NCBI GenBank assembly: GCA_002687255.1
Contig: NYZR01000013.1
Coordinates: forward strand, 1 to 42,106
Length of the DNA stretch: 42,106 nucleotides
Origin: Candidatus Pacearchaeota archaeon
GTDB lineage: Archaea > Nanobdellota > Nanobdellia > Pacearchaeales > GW2011-AR1
Direction: 5' to 3'
Below are positions 29,424-37,684 of this stretch, one piece after another (position 1 is the stretch's first letter; each line of letters starts with the position of its first letter). The notes below the pieces were generated by a model that saw only the letters and a program-made list of their open reading frames with translations, did not search any database and had not been told where the DNA came from. A program made the position numbers and the translations under genes.

Positions 29424-30326
29424 ATGGCTAAGAATACATTGGATAAACAGGACTCTAAGAAGATCCCTGCTAATCTTGTTGGGATGAAGTTTGATCCATT
29501 AGCTTCAGTGGATAAGTCTGCTGTATTAAATTATTTCCCTGAAGAACAAGGTGTTTTGCTTGAGGTTGCTGAGAGATACGTTGAGAAAGCATTAACAGAA
29601 TCTACAGGCGACTGCTTTGTAGATCCTGGATGTGGGTCTGCCATACTTAGCCTTGCTGTAGCAAAAAAGTTTGAGAGAGATTTTAGGAAAAGCATACAGA
29701 AAGTTTATGCAATTGACATCAATAAGAAGGCAATTAAATATGCAAAAAGCAACGTTCTGAAGAACGGCTTCTCAGATATATACTCCTTCGCATGTGAGCC
29801 CTATGAAATTGAGAGTGTTCCAAAAAATTCTGCTATGCTTATCAGCCATAATGTTCCATACCATCCAACGCATCCGAAATATGAAGGAAGAGTTTTCACC
29901 TCTTGCGGAGGAGGTGAGGGCGGACAGAAGTTATTAAGAGAATTTCTAAGAGTCTCTAGTTTCCACCTTGCTCCAAGAGGAGTCTTGTATGGAATTGTTA
30001 ATTGTAGAGGTGGTGAGGATCCTGAATTTTTTGACTACATTAGAGATTTCTATCCCACCGATTCGATTTATTGGTATCCTATTCACGATCCATGTAGCAC
30101 ACGTGAATTTCTATCCCACATTACCAGAGGGCAAGAACCTGAATGGGTCGAGAAGATCGCAAAGGATTATCCTAAAAATCATGTCGGCATCTATGTTATT
30201 GTTAGAGATTGTGATGGTGGGAAAATTTCTGTCAAAAAGGAAAAATTAAAGTTAGCCACTGCCGGCTGGCAATGGAGGTTTAATGCTCACAGGATTATAC
30301 AAGACCAAGCCATACAGGCAACTTGA
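29424..30326 (+). CDS. SAM-dependent methyltransferase of the NPPY (N6-adenine/N5-glutamine, HemK-like) type
   Basis: Motif I is VDPGCGSAILSL and motif IV is SHNVPYHP. Confidence 0.7.
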   Translation: MAKNTLDKQDSKKIPANLVGMKFDPLASVDKSAVLNYFPEEQGVLLEVAERYVEKALTESTGDCFVDPGCGSAILSLAVAKKFERDFRKSIQKVYAIDINKKAIKYAKSNVLKNGFSDIYSFACEPYEIESVPKNSAMLISHNVPYHPTHPKYEGRVFTSCGGGEGGQKLLREFLRVSSFHLAPRGVLYGIVNCRGGEDPEFFDYIRDFYPTDSIYWYPIHDPCSTREFLSHITRGQEPEWVEKIAKDYPKNHVGIYVIVRDCDGGKISVKKEKLKLATAGWQWRFNAHRIIQDQAIQAT

Positions 30327-30339
30327 CCCTATCTTTTTC

Positions 30340-31041
30340 TCATTTTTTCAATGTGTATATCACCCATATTGGAATCTTGGTCTCAGAATACCATTTGAAG
30401 GGTTCATTCCCCGTGGCTAAAGGTTTTCGAGTTTCAACTAGCCGCAACCTTGCCTTTTCGAAGGCCGCTTTGTAATCTTGGTCTGTCCAAATATGGCCGT
30501 AGAGGACAATGTCCGTTCCACGAACAACGGCCTTTCCTTTATCTCCACTTTTCAGATTTTTATTTTCGGGCCAGTCACAAATGAAAGATGCCCAATTATT
30601 CTTGTGAGCCTCTGGTGTCCCATCAACAATTATGATTGCGCCTCCTGGCCGCAACACCCTTTTCATTTCTTTCAAAACTTTTATCATCTCCTGTGATGTG
30701 GAGATCTCTAAGAACACTATGCTGGAGAAGATAAGATCAAAGCTGTTTTCTGGATATGGGAGGATGCCACTCTTGATCTGTTGGTAGGTGCCTTCTGGAT
30801 CTCTCTTTCTTGATTCCATAATCATGTCTTTGCTAATATCCACTCCAACCACATCCAGTCCCTGACTTTTTAGAAACCTCGTAGGTCTTCCCCCTCCACA
30901 ACCATAGTCAAGAGCCGTTTTCCCCCTAACATGTTGCCTAATAAGTTCAGGGATGTCACGGTAAGCCAGCCAGAATGAATCAACAATACCTAGGTCTGCA
31001 TAAGCTTTCCCAAACTTCTCATAATCATTATCCCTTGCCAT
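30340..31041 (-). CDS. class I SAM-dependent methyltransferase
   Basis: ALDYGCGGGRPTRFL (motif I), VVGVDISKDM and LRPGGAIIIV. Confidence 0.8.
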   Translation of the reverse strand: MARDNDYEKFGKAYADLGIVDSFWLAYRDIPELIRQHVRGKTALDYGCGGGRPTRFLKSQGLDVVGVDISKDMIMESRKRDPEGTYQQIKSGILPYPENSFDLIFSSIVFLEISTSQEMIKVLKEMKRVLRPGGAIIIVDGTPEAHKNNWASFICDWPENKNLKSGDKGKAVVRGTDIVLYGHIWTDQDYKAAFEKARLRLVETRKPLATGNEPFKWYSETKIPIWVIYTLKK

Positions 31042-31198
31042 GCTGGAGACAATCTTCCATCATTTAAGAATTTTTACAATGCATTCTCTGTTGATGTAGG
31101 AAGATTTATATAGCCATTTTGTCCGAGAAGAAGGTCTAACTACATCCTTGCTCGCTGGATTTCTTGGCGAGATGAGGCATGCTGTAGGGGATACGAAG

Positions 31199-31819
31199 AT
31201 GAAACTTGATGAAGCATTGAAGGAAATTCGGAAAGGGAAGGAACGTAAGTTCGATCAGTCGGTAGACTTGTTGATTAATCTTCGAGGGGTTGACCTGAAG
31301 AGGGATAATGTTAATGTGGTGGTTACTTTGCCGCATGCTCTCGGAAGTAAGAAAGTATGTGGGTTTTTGACGAAGAAAAGCGATCTTGTTACTTCTGTTC
31401 TTGAGCCTGATTTTCAGGGCTATGCAAAAGATCCGAAGAAGTTGAAGAAGTTGGCTGATGAGTATGACTTCTTTATTGCGGCTGCTCCGTTGATGCCGAA
31501 GGTTGCTACGACGTTTGGTAGAGTGCTGGGGCCTGCAGGGAAGATGCCTTCGCCGCAGTTGGGAATTTTGGCTCCGGAAAGTGATGAGTCGATTCAGAAA
31601 GTGTTGAAGGAGATTGGGAGTTCGGTGAAGTTGCGGGCGAAGGAAACGAGCTTGAAGTTGAGTATTGGGAAATTGAGTATGGAAGACGCTGCGATTTCTG
31701 AGAACCTGCGGGCGATTGTAAAGGGTGTGCTTGGTGTTCTTCCGAGCAATAGAGAGAGTGTGAAGAATGTTCTTGTCAAAACGACGATGGGGAAGCCTGT
31801 CGCCGTGGAGGGTTGGTAA
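31199..31819 (+). CDS. rpl1: ribosomal protein L1
   Basis: MKLDEALKEIRKGKERKFDQSVDLLINLRGVDLKR and the rest are canonical uL1. Confidence 0.9.
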   Translation: MKLDEALKEIRKGKERKFDQSVDLLINLRGVDLKRDNVNVVVTLPHALGSKKVCGFLTKKSDLVTSVLEPDFQGYAKDPKKLKKLADEYDFFIAAAPLMPKVATTFGRVLGPAGKMPSPQLGILAPESDESIQKVLKEIGSSVKLRAKETSLKLSIGKLSMEDAAISENLRAIVKGVLGVLPSNRESVKNVLVKTTMGKPVAVEGW

Positions 31820-31873
31820 TTATGAAAATCAGAGATTTTCAAATGTTCGCAATAGGAGGTATTGCTTCGCACT

Positions 31874-32866
31874 ATGGCTGCTGAAAAGAAGTTAGGGGCT
31901 GCGCAGGTTGCGGCGTGGAAGACTGAGTCGGTGAAGAAGTTGGCGGAGCAGATGAAAGGAGCGAAGACGGTGTTGTTGGCCTCGATTAAGGGGTTGCCGA
32001 GCGGACAGTTCCATGCGATTAAGAAGCAGTTGCGAGGGAAGGCTGAGATTGCTGTGGGGAAGAAGTCTATTGTGTTGAGGGCGTTGGAAGCTACGGAGAA
32101 GGGGGCGCTGCAGAATTTGAAGAAGGAGATTGGAGCGGACATTGCGTTGTTGTTTTCTGATATGGATGCGTTTGCTTTGTCTGGGCTGTTGACCGAGAGT
32201 CAGAGTAAGATGAAGGCTAAGGTTGGAGATATTGCTCCGGAAGATCTGGTTATTGAGCCGGGGCCAACTGACATGTTGCCGGGGCCGGCGATTTCTGAAT
32301 TGGGTGCGGTTGGACTGCAGGTTGCTGTGGAGGATGGGAAGATTGCGATTAAAGCTGCGCATACGGTTGTTAAGGAAGGGGAAGAGATTTCTGCTAATGT
32401 TGCTGATGTTCTTGGGAAGTTGAATATTGAGCCAATGAAAGTTGGGTTCGGCCCTTTGGCTGCTTATGATGCTGAGGCTGATAAGGTGTATGTGGGTATT
32501 CGGATTGATAAGGAAGGTGCTTTGGAAGCTTTGCGAGAGGCTCTTGGGAAGGCTTTAGGGTTTGCTGTTTCTAAGAGGGTTATTAATTCTGGGACTGTGG
32601 GTTACTTTTTGGCGAAGGCGGAGGCTGGGGCTAAGGCGGTTGAGGGGAAGGTGCAGGAAGAGGGTTCTGAGTCTGAGGGGAAGGAAGATAGCTCTAGTGA
32701 ATCTTCTTCGGAAGGGAATAATGATAAGGAAGAACAACCGGGTAGTGAGGAAGGTGCTGGCGGGGATGATGGTGAGAATGGTGGGGATGCTGGTGCTGCT
32801 GAGGCTGATAAGGCTGAGGAGAAGAAGGAAGAATCAGATGAGGGGGGAAAGAAAGATGGCGATTAG
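31874..32866 (+). CDS. rpl10: ribosomal stalk protein P0 (uL10)
   Basis: AGGAGGT Shine-Dalgarno upstream. VAAWKTESVKKLAEQMKGAKTVLLASIKGLPSGQFHAIKKQLRGKA is typical. The acidic tail ends in KKDGD without the usual hydrophobic terminal motif. Confidence 0.9.
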   Translation: MAAEKKLGAAQVAAWKTESVKKLAEQMKGAKTVLLASIKGLPSGQFHAIKKQLRGKAEIAVGKKSIVLRALEATEKGALQNLKKEIGADIALLFSDMDAFALSGLLTESQSKMKAKVGDIAPEDLVIEPGPTDMLPGPAISELGAVGLQVAVEDGKIAIKAAHTVVKEGEEISANVADVLGKLNIEPMKVGFGPLAAYDAEADKVYVGIRIDKEGALEALREALGKALGFAVSKRVINSGTVGYFLAKAEAGAKAVEGKVQEEGSESEGKEDSSSESSSEGNNDKEEQPGSEEGAGGDDGENGGDAGAAEADKAEEKKEESDEGGKKDGD

Positions 32867-33110
32867 TTTTCCTGGGACTAACTATGGACGTTCTGGAAGA
32901 GTTCACCCAGATAGTATTGCTTCAGTTTCTTACCTCACCCTTATGGGGCTACAAGAGAGAGGCAAACTTAGAGAAGGCGTGATGAGGGCAGATGTTGATG
33001 GTTTCGTTGTTGGAGTGACCTATGATGGGAGAATCATTTTTGCTCCTGACGAATTTGAGTATGAATGTGATGGATTTGATGATACAACTACACAAGGGGG
33101 CTCTAGATAA
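32856..33110 (+). CDS. unknown small protein A inserted between rpl10 and rpl12
   Basis: 84 aa. The ATG overlaps the P0 stop (ATGGCGATTAG), with a GAGGGGGG Shine-Dalgarno upstream. No family recognised. Confidence 0.55.
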   Translation: MAISFPGTNYGRSGRVHPDSIASVSYLTLMGLQERGKLREGVMRADVDGFVVGVTYDGRIIFAPDEFEYECDGFDDTTTQGGSR

Positions 33111-33111
33111 A

Positions 33112-33537
33112 ATGAATGTGTTGGGCGGCTTGGTTGCTGCGGAGAGAATGTTGAGAAGGATTAAGGAAGGAGAAAGGAGGCGGGAGGGCAAGATTGTGGA
33201 ACTGGGTGATGGCTTCGACTTAAGCAGTCTTGAACAGGAGGATGTTGTGAGGTTTGGATACGAGGGTTGTGGGGGATTTAAGGTTGTAGAAAGTGCTGAT
33301 GAGAGTATGATTTCTATTTACGGCCCCCTGATCAATAGGCTCAATAGAGCCATAGAGATTAGATCCTGTGCGACCATTGAATCGAGAATCGATAAAACGT
33401 GCCTTATCATGCCTAGAGAGAACCATGAGATACTTAGGAGAGGGGATGAAGGATATGATGAAAAGGCACGAACCCTTGCAGGATTAGGTTTTAGGGAATT
33501 TTCAGATTACATCATTGAAAAGGAGGACGCTAAATAA
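33112..33537 (+). CDS. unknown protein B inserted between rpl10 and rpl12
   Basis: 141 aa. The ATG lies 1 nt after the stop of A, with an AGGGGG Shine-Dalgarno. Its stop overlaps the rpl12 ATG (TAATG). No family recognised. Confidence 0.6.
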   Translation: MNVLGGLVAAERMLRRIKEGERRREGKIVELGDGFDLSSLEQEDVVRFGYEGCGGFKVVESADESMISIYGPLINRLNRAIEIRSCATIESRIDKTCLIMPRENHEILRRGDEGYDEKARTLAGLGFREFSDYIIEKEDAK

Positions 33538-33842
33538 TGGAATATGTTTATGGTGCTTTGCTCTTGCATAAGCTTGGTCAGCCGGTCACTGCGGAGAGTT
33601 TGACGAAAGTCATTTCTGCTGCTGGTGCTGAAGTTGACGAGGCTAAAGTGAAGACACTGATTGCTAGCCTTGAAGGTGTGGACATCGGTGCTGAGCTTGA
33701 GAACGCAAGTGCGGTAGCCGCTGCTCCTGCAGCTGGCGGTGCTGGCGGAGATGCTGGTGCTGCTGAGGCCGATAAGGCTGAGGAGAAGAAGGAAGAAAAG
33801 GCTGAAGAAAGTGCTGCTGGATTAGGCGCCCTCTTCGGTTAA
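33537..33842 (+). CDS. rpl12: ribosomal stalk protein P1 (aL12)
   Basis: MEYVYGALLLHKLGQPVTAESLTKVISAAGAEVDEAKVKTLIASLEGVDI, followed by an acidic tail ending in AAGLGALFG. Confidence 0.9.
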   Translation: MEYVYGALLLHKLGQPVTAESLTKVISAAGAEVDEAKVKTLIASLEGVDIGAELENASAVAAAPAAGGAGGDAGAAEADKAEEKKEEKAEESAAGLGALFG

Positions 33843-33990
33843 CCTTTCTTGATTGGTTACTGAAGGGGCTCTTGTAGCTTCGGTGCTGGTGTAGTTCTAG
33901 GAAGGCTTAAAGATTCTTTCAGAATCTTGAGGCCTTCAAGTTCGATAGAACGTGAAGGTTTATAAGTCTTTGACGAGAGTTCTGTATATC

Positions 33991-34069
33991 GCAATGATGA
34001 ACATTGCGGCACCGAGGAGGCGAGCTCCTCGGACGCACAACATCTCGAACGCATGAACGATGTTGATGT
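33991..34069 (+). promoter_or_regulatory. hairpin-rich leader between the TATA (33959-33966) and tRNA-Ser
   Basis: Three consecutive stem-loops: GCAATG-ATGAA-CATTGC, CCGAGGAG-GCGAG-CTCCTCGG and CAACATC-(14 nt)-GATGTTG. Confidence 0.3.
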
Positions 34070-34152
34070 GCCGGCATTGGGCAGTGGCCGCCCGGCAGGC
34101 TTGAACCCTGCTTTCCATTACGGATATCTCGGTTCGATTCCGAGTGCCGGCG
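34070..34152 (+). tRNA. tRNA-Ser (anticodon UGA), class II with a long variable arm
   Basis: GCCGGCA TT GGGC AGTGGCC GCCC G GCAGG CTTGAAC CCTGC TTTCCATTACGGATAT CTCGG TTCGATT CCGAG TGCCGGC G. 83 nt. Confidence 0.9.
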
Positions 34153-34251
34153 TTCTATGGAAACCAAGGTTTCCCTTAGGAACCCTTCCTTTAAGAGACT
34201 AACAGTTTCCTTTGCTAACCTTCCTTTTAGTTAGTCCGCTACGCTTGGCGT

Positions 34252-34521
34252 TTAACTAAACAAACCCTTCCAGAATGATTCTTTCTTGTTGGTGACGGTG
34301 GTTGCTAGTTCTTCGGGTTCGACGATTTCATAAGTGATTCTTGGTTTGGTTTTTAGGACAGGGGCTTGGTCGGCGAGTTCTTCATCTACTCGTTTGAAGG
34401 CTCGCTCGATTTCTGTTCGGGAGTGACCTTGGTTGAGAAGGGCGACACGGAGAGAGTCTTTGGTGTAGCCTTTTTTGAGGTTCTTTTTTATGTAGACTGC
34501 TAGGTCGGTGAGATAGGTCAT
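34252..34521 (-). CDS. small hypothetical protein (89 aa)
   Basis: ORF with TTTATAAA about 25 nt upstream of its ATG. No family recognised. Confidence 0.5.
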   Translation of the reverse strand: MTYLTDLAVYIKKNLKKGYTKDSLRVALLNQGHSRTEIERAFKRVDEELADQAPVLKTKPRITYEIVEPEELATTVTNKKESFWKGLFS

Positions 34522-34553
34522 ACTTTCTTTAGTGGTTGGCGTTTTATAAAGAT

Positions 34554-35774
34554 TTATTTGCTTTGCTGCTTTTTGTAGTAAGCCATGGCTGCTTTGAGTT
34601 TTTCTGGTTTGGTTGCGTAGAGTGTGAGGAGGGGGTCTCCTTTTTTGACTTTGCCTTGTGTGTGTTTGTAGAGATAGAGTCCTGCTGATTTTGTTTCGGG
34701 GCAGCCGAGAAGACGGGCGAGGTGGTTGATATCATGATTGTTGATGTGCTGTATTTTTCCTGAACGAGGAGCAGCGATGGTGTGTTGGTGTTTTGCCGGT
34801 TGCAACTTTGTATTCTTCCGGCCTTGTGTGTCAAGTATTTTGTTGAATGCTTGGAGGGCTTTCCCTGATCTGAGGAGAGATACTGCAAGGGTTTTTCCTT
34901 GGCCTTTTTTTGCTTTCTTTGTTAGTTCTAGTAGTTCAGCGGCAAGGAAAAGAGATTTCTTCTCGAGGTCTTTTGGTTGGTCTTTTTGTTGGAGCACGGC
35001 GAGGACATCTCTAGCCTCAAGGATCGGGCCGATGCCGTGACCAATCGGTTCAGATCCTGGGGTGAGGACAACGTGCATAGTGAGCTTGAATTGCTTTCCT
35101 AGGGCTAGAAATTTCTTTTTGAGACGGAGGGCTTTTTGTTTGGTGACTTTTGCTTCAGGGCCGAACGGTATGTCAACAAGCACGTGGGTGCTTCCCGCAG
35201 CGAGTTTTTTGCTGAGAATGGATGCAATGAGCTGTGCTTCCGGATCGAGATCTAGTATGCGCCCTACTCTGATGAGTTTGTCGTCTGCGGGAGCCATACC
35301 CAGGGCGCCGCCCCAGGCAAGACAGGCATTTGCTTTTTTGACTATGGTTTGGAGTGTTGTTGAGGGGAAATCCACTTTTGCTAAGACCTCCATGACGTCT
35401 GCGGTTCCCGCTGCGGAGGTGATCGCTCTTGAGGAAGTTTTTGGCAGGGTGAGTCCGGCTGCAGCGCAGATAGCTACGACGATTGGTGTGGTTCTGTTTC
35501 CGGCGACGCCGCCGATCGAATGTTTGTCTGCTATTACTTTTTGTGCCCATTTTAGCGTCACGCCGGAGCGCCACATGGCCTCGGTGAGGTAAGCAGTTTC
35601 TTGTAAAGACAGAGATTTTTCTTTGACTGCCATGATAAAGTAGGCTATCTCTGCTTCTGATAAAGAACCAGATACGATCTCGTTGATGATAGTTTCTATT
35701 TCTTTTTTTGAAAGAGATTGGTTATGGAGCTTCTTGCTGATGAGTGCTACGCTTTTTGGCTGGTGGTTGTTCAT
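34554..35774 (-). CDS. deoA: AMP phosphorylase / thymidine phosphorylase family enzyme (short form)
   Basis: DKHSIGGVAGNRTTPIVVAICAAAGLTLPKTSSRAITSAAGTADVMEVL is the archaeal DeoA signature. Start at MNNHQP after a GAGGAA Shine-Dalgarno. At 406 aa it lacks the long N-terminal domain of characterised AMP phosphorylases. Confidence 0.8.
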   Translation of the reverse strand: MNNHQPKSVALISKKLHNQSLSKKEIETIINEIVSGSLSEAEIAYFIMAVKEKSLSLQETAYLTEAMWRSGVTLKWAQKVIADKHSIGGVAGNRTTPIVVAICAAAGLTLPKTSSRAITSAAGTADVMEVLAKVDFPSTTLQTIVKKANACLAWGGALGMAPADDKLIRVGRILDLDPEAQLIASILSKKLAAGSTHVLVDIPFGPEAKVTKQKALRLKKKFLALGKQFKLTMHVVLTPGSEPIGHGIGPILEARDVLAVLQQKDQPKDLEKKSLFLAAELLELTKKAKKGQGKTLAVSLLRSGKALQAFNKILDTQGRKNTKLQPAKHQHTIAAPRSGKIQHINNHDINHLARLLGCPETKSAGLYLYKHTQGKVKKGDPLLTLYATKPEKLKAAMAYYKKQQSK

Positions 35775-35790
35775 AAATAATTCCTCTTTT

Positions 35791-36816
35791 TTAGGCGAAC
35801 AGTTGATCGAGCTTGCCTTCTTGATAGGCCTGTAAGAAGACGAGGAAATAGGCCAGGATGAGTGGGCCGATGATGAGACCAAGGATGCCGAAGATGAAGA
35901 GGCCGCCGATCATTCCAACTAAGATGACCACTGGGGAAATGTCTGTGTTCTTGGAAACAATATAAGGTCTGAGGATGTTGTCTATTCCGTTAACGATGAC
36001 GGCATTGTAGATGAAGAAAGCTACTGCTACGACTGCGCTTCCCTTGATTAGGAGATATATCGTGACGGGCACCCAAACGAGAGTTGGGCCTACAATAGGA
36101 ATAATTGCCAAGACTGTTGCCAGGAGAGTAAGGATGAGGGCGTTTGGAACGCCGAAAAGTAACAAACCTAGGCCTGCTAAAATACCTTGAGCTATTCCTA
36201 TGATAATCTGCCCGTAGACTATTGAGTTGGTAATGTCCTTGAAGTGTTTGATGAGTTGCTGCTCTTTTACGACACTTAGCGGAGATAGGCTTTTTACAAA
36301 GCCCTGAAGTTTTTCTGTGTCTCTTATTGTGAAGAAAAATACAAAGAGCACAATTACTGAGTGTAAGAGAAGCGTTGGGAAGTTGAGGAGAAACGCTGCG
36401 AGGTTGTTGAGAATTGTTGAGGCAAGTTTGCTAATAAAACTGTTCGAGGCTACTGTGACTTGAGTCGTGAATGTTTCTGAGGCTGTTGGGAAAAGGCTGG
36501 TGACCAATGAAGGTATGTCTGCTGTCTGAGAAAGTGTGAAGACCTCGAAGACTTGTTGTGTGACTATGGGCACGAGGAACCAGAAAGGGAGAGCTACGAT
36601 GAGGAATGCGATTATGCAGATAACGCTTGCCATGACATTCTTGCTCTTCATTCTTTTCATTAGCTTTCTCCGGACAGGCATGAAGATATACGCAAGTAGG
36701 AGGCCGCCGATGATTGAGAAGATTATTGGTTTTATGAGAAAGAAGGCTAGAATGGCGAGGGCTGCGAGAATGGCTGTTCCTGCGATTTTTCTCATGTCTT
36801 TTTCGCTGAGTGCCAT
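35791..36816 (-). CDS. AI-2E family transporter (PerM/YhhT-like)
   Basis: 341-aa polytopic protein with a typical C-terminal half (ILATVLAIIPIVGPTLVWVPVTIYLL...PVVILVGMIGGLFIFGILGLIIGPLIL). Confidence 0.8.
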   Translation of the reverse strand: MALSEKDMRKIAGTAILAALAILAFFLIKPIIFSIIGGLLLAYIFMPVRRKLMKRMKSKNVMASVICIIAFLIVALPFWFLVPIVTQQVFEVFTLSQTADIPSLVTSLFPTASETFTTQVTVASNSFISKLASTILNNLAAFLLNFPTLLLHSVIVLFVFFFTIRDTEKLQGFVKSLSPLSVVKEQQLIKHFKDITNSIVYGQIIIGIAQGILAGLGLLLFGVPNALILTLLATVLAIIPIVGPTLVWVPVTIYLLIKGSAVVAVAFFIYNAVIVNGIDNILRPYIVSKNTDISPVVILVGMIGGLFIFGILGLIIGPLILAYFLVFLQAYQEGKLDQLFA

Positions 36817-36892
36817 GTCGGGGTGAAGGTTTGGGTTTATATAAATGTAAGGATCGGGGAAGTTTTATAAAGCAATTTTTTCTTTGTGGGTG

Positions 36893-37654
36893 ATGTCGAG
36901 CGTTGTAAAGAAGATTTTTGACACTGCCGAAGCAAGTTCGGCAAGCCCTCGCAGCTCGGACTCTGTGAACGCTGCTTCAGATGGAGAAATTGATGAAGAG
37001 GTGCATGGGGCGTTGGTGAAATTTAGTAAGGGGTCTTTTCCGGATAGATGGTTAGTTGAGTCGAAGAAGCAGAAAGATAAGTGGGCGGTGAAGACGAGTG
37101 CGGAGTTTGCGAATTTTCTTGTTCGGGAATGTTTGCCTGCTGAGGGGAATGTGGAGGTGAAGGGTGTTGTTGTTTCTACGGAGAAGCTTGCTGATGTGTT
37201 GGATTTGCCTGTGGAGCGGGTGAAGCAGTTTATGGGAATCAAGCAGAATATTATTTCTGGGGAGATTGAAGTTGAGAAGATTCGGGAGGCTATGGAGAAA
37301 TACCCTCGGGCGTTTTTTGCGTTGTCGTTTTCTACGGATGATTGTGTCTTGAAGATCAAAGCAAAGGCACCGAAGAGTGCGAAGCCGAGCACGAAGGGCG
37401 ATAAGGAAGTGAAGATTGATTTTTGTTCGGTGAAGACGACTAACGAAGAGTTGGTGAGGGATTTGTTGTTCGATTGTCTTGCTGCGAAGCACGTGAGGGT
37501 GTCACATGAGTTTGTTATTTCTGAGATTGAGTTGCCTGCTGGTGTTGAGGATCCTGTGGAGATTCGAGAGAGGGCTGTTCGGAAGGGTGTGTTGAAGCGG
37601 ACTGTTGTTGCTGATGGTGCTGAGAAGCAGAGTGAAGCAGAGTTTGCTGCTTAG
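36893..37654 (+). CDS. hypothetical protein carrying repeat copy E4 near its N-terminus
   Basis: ATG lies about 25 nt downstream of GTTTTATAAAG. The 253-aa ORF has no recognised family. Confidence 0.55.
   Translation: MSSVVKKIFDTAEASSASPRSSDSVNAASDGEIDEEVHGALVKFSKGSFPDRWLVESKKQKDKWAVKTSAEFANFLVRECLPAEGNVEVKGVVVSTEKLADVLDLPVERVKQFMGIKQNIISGEIEVEKIREAMEKYPRAFFALSFSTDDCVLKIKAKAPKSAKPSTKGDKEVKIDFCSVKTTNEELVRDLLFDCLAAKHVRVSHEFVISEIELPAGVEDPVEIRERAVRKGVLKRTVVADGAEKQSEAEFAA
36926..36982 (+). repeat. structured 57-nt repeat, copy E4 (in frame, 19 codons)
   Basis: GCCGAAGCAAGTTCGGCAAGCCCTCGCAGCTCGGACTCTGTGAACGCTGCTTCAGAT. Encodes AEASSASPRSSDSVNAASD, against AEASSAGPRSSDKVNAASD in E1. Confidence 0.7.
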
Positions 37655-37684
37655 GTTTATATAGGAGATTTCATACCTTTTTCT

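Noticed and set aside
33991-34069. C/D-box sRNA upstream of tRNA-Ser, suggested by AATGATGAA at 33993-34001.
   Set aside because: There is no D box (CTGA) or C'/D' pair anywhere in the 80-nt leader. The ATGATGA lies inside a simple hairpin.
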